Source: an uncultured Gammaproteobacteria bacterium (lineage in GTDB: Bacteria; Pseudomonadota; Gammaproteobacteria; JAURND01). From it: a stretch of DNA of 64,000 nucleotides. The notes under the pieces were generated by a model that was not told where the DNA came from, searched no databases, and was given only the letters and a program-made list of their open reading frames with translations. Below are positions 58,766 through 64,000 of the stretch, in pieces. The stretch lies in contig CAVQQD010000001.1 in NCBI GenBank assembly GCA_963714975.1, positions 320,001 through 384,000 on the forward strand, given 5' to 3'. A program made the position numbers and the translations under genes. How positions within the stretch are numbered: the first letter of the stretch is position 1; each line of letters opens with the position of its first letter.

Positions 58766-59875
58766 TTAGGTAATATCTTCTACTTGTTCCTGCTCTAACC
58801 TAGCTACTATTGCTACCGGCAATTTGGTTAATTCTGCTACTTGCTCAACAGGAAAACCTTTTTCTAAAAGTCTTATTGCCTTCGCTGCTTCCCGCCACCC
58901 TTCTTCACGTCCTTCTTGATGCCCCTCTTCACGCCATTGTTGTGCCATTGTTAATCCCTTTTCCCACCCCTCTTTATGCCCCTCTTCACGCCATTGTTGT
59001 GCCATTGTTAATCCCTTTTCCCACCCCTCTTTATGCCCTTCTTCACGCCATTGTTGTGCCATTGTTAATCCCTTTTCCCACCCCTCTTTATGCCCTTCTT
59101 CACGCCATTGTTGTGCTATAGTCATAATTTCTCCCCTAGTTTCCTGAGATAAACGTGAGTTGATCAAAGTTTTAAATGCTTCTTTATCCCTGATCTCCCC
59201 TTTTTTTACAATATAATACAAAATACTGAGACAGAAGTCTTGTCTGCCTTGCTGTTCTACTTGCCGCAGCATATCAATAAACTTTTCTAATGCAGGCAGG
59301 ATATCTCGATCATAAATGTGCTTCATAGCTAATCCTAGCAGGCCTGACCATAGTCGTTCTCTTAATACTTCATCAGGAATTTTCTTTAACTGGACCAAGT
59401 GAAAAGGCTGTAGAAAGTAACGATCAATTAAATCTGCTGGTGCATTAATCAAAGCCCTGAGATCTGTAGGATAACGCCAGTCCGTTGCACCATTGTAGTA
59501 AACAATAGTATAGACTAAGGGAACTTGTTTATGATTGTTCCAATGATCACGAATGATTCCACTTTCATACAAAAAAGCGCGCACTGGCATATCGGCTTCT
59601 GGCTCCGATTGATGTTCGATATGGGCAATTACGTAGACAGTCTGCGTAGAATCTTTGAGCTGTAGTTCAAAAACTACATCCGTGTAACGGGAGCTCAAAG
59701 TTTCATCAACCAGACGATCCTTGCAAATTCGCAGAGTAGATAAATCAAGTGCTTCCAATAATGGCTGAGGAAGATGCTGCTGTAAAAAATCTTTGGCAAC
59801 AGTTAAATCAGATAACGATCGTACGAAAAAATTATCACTATAATTTACGTTATTAGAAATTTTATTTTGAGTCAT
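58766..59875 (-). CDS. Rpn/YhgA-like PD-(D/E)XK nuclease family protein, copy 2
   Basis: Near-identical to copy 1 except for the expanded C-terminal repeat. Confidence 0.9.
   Translation of the reverse strand: MTQNKISNNVNYSDNFFVRSLSDLTVAKDFLQQHLPQPLLEALDLSTLRICKDRLVDETLSSRYTDVVFELQLKDSTQTVYVIAHIEHQSEPEADMPVRAFLYESGIIRDHWNNHKQVPLVYTIVYYNGATDWRYPTDLRALINAPADLIDRYFLQPFHLVQLKKIPDEVLRERLWSGLLGLAMKHIYDRDILPALEKFIDMLRQVEQQGRQDFCLSILYYIVKKGEIRDKEAFKTLINSRLSQETRGEIMTIAQQWREEGHKEGWEKGLTMAQQWREEGHKEGWEKGLTMAQQWREEGHKEGWEKGLTMAQQWREEGHQEGREEGWREAAKAIRLLEKGFPVEQVAELTKLPVAIVARLEQEQVEDIT
58919..59125 (-). repeat. 57-nt coding tandem repeat (TMAQQWREEGHKEGWEKGL)
   Basis: GCCATTGTTGTG recurs at 58933, 58990, 59047 and 59104. 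Confidence 0.92.
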
Positions 59876-59880
59876 GGGAT

Positions 59881-59915
59881 AGATTAGCCTTCTTTTTATT
59901 AAAGAAGGCTAATCT
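59881..59915 (-). promoter_or_regulatory. Hairpin covering the probable RBS of Rpn copy 2
   Basis: AGATTAGCCTTCTTT-TTATT-AAAGAAGGCTAATCT, 15-bp perfect stem. Confidence 0.6.
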
Positions 59916-59953
59916 ATAGTCACAATGGAAAAGTAACAATACCGTAGTTTCAA

Positions 59954-60040
59954 AGGCAGGTGAGGTATTTCAAAACGCTGAAAGCTACTTCAAACACCCT
60001 CATCCTGCCTGCGGCCACCTTCTCCCACAAGGGGAGAAGG
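59954..60040. repeat. Family A repeat downstream of hslU
   Basis: CACCCTCATCCTGCCT..CACCTTCTCCCACAAGGGGAGAAGG. Confidence 0.75.
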
Positions 60041-60055
60041 ATAATTCATCACTCC

Positions 60056-61438
60056 TTAGAGAATATACCGGCTTAAGTCTTCATTTTTGAGCAGGATGGA
60101 AAGTTGTTCATCCACGTAGCTAGCAGTGATTACCAATGACTCCTCTTGCTCACAATCTGCGGCGTCAAAGGAAATTTTTTCGAGGAGGCGCTCTAAAATA
60201 GTATGGAGGCGACGGGCTCCAATATTTTCAGAGCGTTCATTGACACGGAAAGCAATTTCAGCAATGCGTTCAATACCATCTTCTGCAAATTCCAATTTAA
60301 ATCCTTCGGTTTTCATCATTTCTTTATATTGAATCACCAAGGAAGCTTTAGGTTCGGTTAAAATTCGACAAAAATCCTCTGTGGTCAGCGGCTTTAATTC
60401 AACCCGAATCGGTAGGCGGCCTTGTAATTCTGGAACAAGATCAGAGGGCTTGGACAGGTGAAATGCGCCCGAAGCGATAAATAAAATGTGGTCGGTCTTT
60501 ACCAAGCCGTATTTCGTTGACACGGTGGTTCCTTCTACCAGAGGCAGTAAGTCACGCTGCACACCTTCGTGTGCGATATCAGCTCCTCCCACATATTGGC
60601 CGGCGGGGCGGACAATTTTGTCAATTTCATCGATGAAGACAATACCATTTTGTTCGACACTTTCTAGGGCAAGGCTACGAATTTCATCTTCATTGATTAA
60701 TTTTTCAGCTTCTTCCTCAGTGAGTAGTCGTATAGCATCCTTAATTTTCAGGTTACGCGTCTTAGTACGTTCGCCGCTAATGCTCTGAAACATGCTTTGT
60801 AATTGATTGGTCATTTCTTCCATGCCGGGAGGGGCTAAGATTTCTAACCGCTTTTCTGCTGCTCGCACTGCAATATCAATAGAGCGATCATCCAAGCCAT
60901 GCTCACGCAATTTTTTGCGAAATAGCTGGCGTGCGGCACTGTCTTTTTCTTCTTGCTCCATATCTTTGGGCGCTCCAGCAAAAGCGGAATGCACAGGTTT
61001 TAATAGGGCATCTAAAATGCGGTCTTCGGCTGATTCTTCTGCCTGACTTCTCACTTTACGCATTTGTTCTTCACGCACTAACTTGATTGCTGCATCCATG
61101 AGATCGCGAATGATCGATTCGACGTCACGACCCACATAGCCAATTTCGGTAAACTTAGTGGCTTCTATTTTAATAAAGGGCGCTCCTACTAAGGCAGCAA
61201 GACGCCTGGCAATCTCCGTTTTCCCTACGCCGGTGGGCCCTATCATCAAAATGTTTTTGGGAGTAATTTCTTCTGCTAAGTCCGCGGCGACACGCTTACG
61301 GCGTAAACGATTTCTCAAGGCAATCGCCACCGCACGTTTGGCATCGTGTTGACCAACAATATATTTGTCTAATTCGGCGACAATTTCACGTGGTTTCAAA
61401 GTAGTCTTTAAGGATATCATGGTATTTTCTTCTAACAT
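60056..61438 (-). CDS. hslU: ATP-dependent protease ATPase subunit HslU (start uncertain)
   Basis: [35 protein letters not shown]. Confidence 0.97.
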   Translation of the reverse strand: MLEENTMISLKTTLKPREIVAELDKYIVGQHDAKRAVAIALRNRLRRKRVAADLAEEITPKNILMIGPTGVGKTEIARRLAALVGAPFIKIEATKFTEIGYVGRDVESIIRDLMDAAIKLVREEQMRKVRSQAEESAEDRILDALLKPVHSAFAGAPKDMEQEEKDSAARQLFRKKLREHGLDDRSIDIAVRAAEKRLEILAPPGMEEMTNQLQSMFQSISGERTKTRNLKIKDAIRLLTEEEAEKLINEDEIRSLALESVEQNGIVFIDEIDKIVRPAGQYVGGADIAHEGVQRDLLPLVEGTTVSTKYGLVKTDHILFIASGAFHLSKPSDLVPELQGRLPIRVELKPLTTEDFCRILTEPKASLVIQYKEMMKTEGFKLEFAEDGIERIAEIAFRVNERSENIGARRLHTILERLLEKISFDAADCEQEESLVITASYVDEQLSILLKNEDLSRYIL

Positions 61439-61451
61439 GCTCGGTTCTCGC

Positions 61452-62000
61452 TTATATTTCATTAGAAAGTTCTTCAATTACAAATTGCTTGTTGGTGAAT
61501 ACACAAGTATCAGCGGCAATAGTCAAGGCTTTTTCAACAATTTCGCGAGCAGGAAGTTCGGTATTGTGCAACAAGGCGCGGGCTGCTGCCTGGGCATAAG
61601 GACCTCCTGAACCAATGGCCATAATGCCGTGTTCCGGTTCAATGACATCTCCCATGCCGGTGATAATTAAAGAAGCGCGGAGGTCGGCTACGGCCAGCAA
61701 AGCTTCTAAGCGTCGCAGAATTTTATCTGTCCGCCAGTCTTTTGCAAGTTCCACTGCAGCCCGGGTCAAATTTCCACTATGTTTTTCCAGCTTGGATTCA
61801 AATAGTTCAAACAAGGTAAATGCATCTGCCGTCCCACCGGCAAACCCAGCAATCACTTTATCATTATATAAACGCCGCACTTTACGGGCATTGCTTTTCA
61901 TAATAACGGTTTGACTCATAGTCACTTGACCATCGCCACCAATCACGACTCGATCACCGCGCCTTACGGACAAAATAGTTGTGCCTCGGTACTGTTGCAA
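61452..62000 (-). CDS. hslV: ATP-dependent protease subunit HslV
   Basis: TTILSVR, GDGQVT, IGSGG; TTG start at 62000 with AGGAG RBS. Confidence 0.96.
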   Translation of the reverse strand: MQQYRGTTILSVRRGDRVVIGGDGQVTMSQTVIMKSNARKVRRLYNDKVIAGFAGGTADAFTLFELFESKLEKHSGNLTRAAVELAKDWRTDKILRRLEALLAVADLRASLIITGMGDVIEPEHGIMAIGSGGPYAQAAARALLHNTELPAREIVEKALTIAADTCVFTNKQFVIEELSNEI

Positions 62001-62054
62001 TAGAGCTCTCCTTTTTTTATGGAGTCTATTAATTGAGGGCAATGAAGGGAATTT

Positions 62055-62594
62055 TCAAGGGAGCTTTCCCAGCCGGCTTGAAATGCTATTTTGCTGCAAT
62101 TCTTGTTGTTGCTGCAGGGCTATCTCACGAGAAGCGTAAGGCCCGACGTAAATACGATGCCATACTTGATCTTCGACTATATATTTTTGGATTGACGGAT
62201 TGAAACCCAACATAATTAATTGCGCCCGCATCCGATCGGCTTCTGTAAAGCTTTTAAAAGCCGCAATTTGTAGCACAAAACGCTCTACCGCCTTTGGTGG
62301 AGCTGCCTTTATTTCTGGAGGTTTCACCCGAGTTACCTCCACCTGCATTTTGGGTAATACGGTATAAAAATCAAATTCTGGATGCTGCTGAGTTGACGGA
62401 GGCAGAGGTTGTTTTTTCTGGGCGACAGAGGCAGGAATTTGCGGGCTATGTTTTTGCATCGAATAAATTATGATGCCTAGAATCACGATACAGATTCCAG
62501 CCAAGAGCCATTTTTTCGACCCACGCCGAGCTTGGGGACGAGATTTAGATCTATAACGTCTAGTAGGTCGTTTTCTTGGATAATTTGTTTTCAT
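62055..62594 (-). CDS. SPOR-domain cell division protein (FtsN-like)
   Basis: N-terminal TM, FDFYTVLP, LQIAAF..WHRIYVGPY; argS-SPOR-hslVU synteny. Confidence 0.85.
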   Translation of the reverse strand: MKTNYPRKRPTRRYRSKSRPQARRGSKKWLLAGICIVILGIIIYSMQKHSPQIPASVAQKKQPLPPSTQQHPEFDFYTVLPKMQVEVTRVKPPEIKAAPPKAVERFVLQIAAFKSFTEADRMRAQLIMLGFNPSIQKYIVEDQVWHRIYVGPYASREIALQQQQELQQNSISSRLGKLP

Positions 62595-62639
62595 ATATAG
62601 TTGCTCCGCGTCCCTGTAGGAAGCAGAGACGACGTGCTT

Positions 62640-64000
62640 TTACATAATTTCCGGAGCTGACAATCCCAGCAGGGTCAATCCGTTCCATATTACCTGTCGG
62701 ATCGCTGCAATCAAAGACAGGCGAGCATTACGCAATTCACTCTCTTCAGTTAAAAATGGATAAGCATTGTAATAAGAATGAAAATAATGCGCCAATTCTT
62801 GCAAGTAATGCGCTACCACACTAGGTTCATAAGTTTTTGCCGCAGCCTCAATCACCTCGGGATAACGGGCCAAACAGCGGCACAATTGCTGCTCTTGTTC
62901 CGCAGTTAAGATCTTTAATTTTTCCGAATTAAACTCTGCTTGCCAATGCCATTTTCGTTGCTCTAGCTGACGAAATACGCTGCAAATGCGCGCATGAGCA
63001 TATTGAATATAATAAACTGGATTATCATTCGATTGTGATTTAGCTAATTCCAAATCGAATTCTAAATGTTGATCATGCTTGCGCATAATGTAAAAAAAGC
63101 GTGCCGCATCCCTACCTACTTCCTCACGCAATTCCCGTAATGTGACAAACTCCCCACCTCGCGTCGACATGGAAACCCGAGTTTTGCCACGAAACAAAAT
63201 GGCAAATTGCACTAATAAAACTTCTAATTTAGTGACGTCTTGTCCCAATGCGATGATTAAAGCTTTTAACCTTGGAATATAGCCATGATGATCAGCGCCA
63301 TACACATCTAACAATCGATCAAACCCGCGCTCAAATTTATTAAGGTGATAGCCTATATCAAAAGCAAAATAAGTAGGCTGGCCGTTTTCACGAATGACTA
63401 CCCGATCCTTTTCATCACCAAAATCGCTAGAACGAAACCAAATGGCCCCTTCGCGTTGATATAAGTAACCTCCTTCCTCCAGTTTTCGTATTCCTCGTTC
63501 CACATCTGCCGTTTCGGCCAATTGGGATTCATGAAACCAATTTTGGCAGGTAACGCCAAATTCTTTTAAATCATCACGAATATCTTGCAATATATCCTGT
63601 AGAGCTCGCTGAAAAATGCGGGCGAAATGCTCTTCGCCCAATAATTCCAATGCCCGCGCTACCAAAGCATCTACATAAAGTTCTTTTTGTTCTTCGTCAT
63701 CCAGCGGCAGATCTTTGAACACCTGGCTCGCTGGAAAATAAAATTTATCTTCATACTGTACTTTTAAATCTTTAGCGATAGCTCGAATGTAATCGCCTTT
63801 GTAGCCACTTCGAGGGAAAGCAGCTTCCTCGCCATAAGATTCTAAATAGCGCAACCAAACACTGGTAGCCAAAATGCGCATTTGCCGTCCAGCATCATTG
63901 ACACAGTACTCTCGATGCACCAAAAAACCCGCGGCTTCTAAAATATCTGCCAAGCTAGCGCCATAAGCAGCAATACGTCCATGCCCGACATGCAAAGGAC
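62640..64000 (-). CDS. argS: Arginine--tRNA ligase (3' part; start beyond the window)
   Basis: [25 protein letters not shown]. Confidence 0.96.
   Translation of the reverse strand, partial: PLHVGHGRIAAYGASLADILEAAGFLVHREYCVNDAGRQMRILATSVWLRYLESYGEEAAFPRSGYKGDYIRAIAKDLKVQYEDKFYFPASQVFKDLPLDDEEQKELYVDALVARALELLGEEHFARIFQRALQDILQDIRDDLKEFGVTCQNWFHESQLAETADVERGIRKLEEGGYLYQREGAIWFRSSDFGDEKDRVVIRENGQPTYFAFDIGYHLNKFERGFDRLLDVYGADHHGYIPRLKALIIALGQDVTKLEVLLVQFAILFRGKTRVSMSTRGGEFVTLRELREEVGRDAARFFYIMRKHDQHLEFDLELAKSQSNDNPVYYIQYAHARICSVFRQLEQRKWHWQAEFNSEKLKILTAEQEQQLCRCLARYPEVIEAAAKTYEPSVVAHYLQELAHYFHSYYNAYPFLTEESELRNARLSLIAAIRQVIWNGLTLLGLSAPEIM

Noticed and set aside
58919-59125. 57-nt periodic repeat as a CRISPR array
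   Set aside because: Contiguous in-frame coding repeats with no unique spacers and no cas genes.
13631-59875. Rpn copies as insertion sequences
   Set aside because: No terminal inverted repeats or target duplications; homology ends at the stop codon.
1-64000. tRNA/rRNA genes and the many short antisense ORFs in the track
   Set aside because: No tRNA or rRNA signature recognised by eye; the short ORFs are shadows of well-supported genes.

Overview
Bacterial chromosomal DNA that looks like a Legionellales/Coxiellaceae-type gammaproteobacterium. This is inferred from the Com1-like DsbA, Rpn paralogues, PmrA-like boxes and orphan membrane proteins. The core genes are gltX, priA, secB-gpsA, rpmB-rpmG, queC, recN-nadK, hslVU, argS and a peptide ABC operon. 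Accessory content includes a low-GC resistance-like island, two Rpn genes, a type III PKS cluster, a bufferin-type DUF2282/DUF692/DUF2063 RiPP locus and a dense set of palindromic repeats and MITEs. Main observations: (1) five orphan or hypothetical genes share an identically spaced PmrA-like box plus -10, a candidate Dot/Icm effector regulon; (2) a 3.0-kb cargo element is bounded by two inverted IS66 right ends with an 8-bp target duplication; (3) two long hairpins with an identical 48-nt loop but different arms flank the RiPP partner gene; (4) one Rpn gene has 57-nt repeats that may each create an internal antitoxin start; (5) two unannotated small proteins are homologous; (6) there is a candidate oriC. 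Several +1 homopolymer frameshifts, including one in thyA, could be assembly errors. All family calls come from motif recognition; no database search was run.
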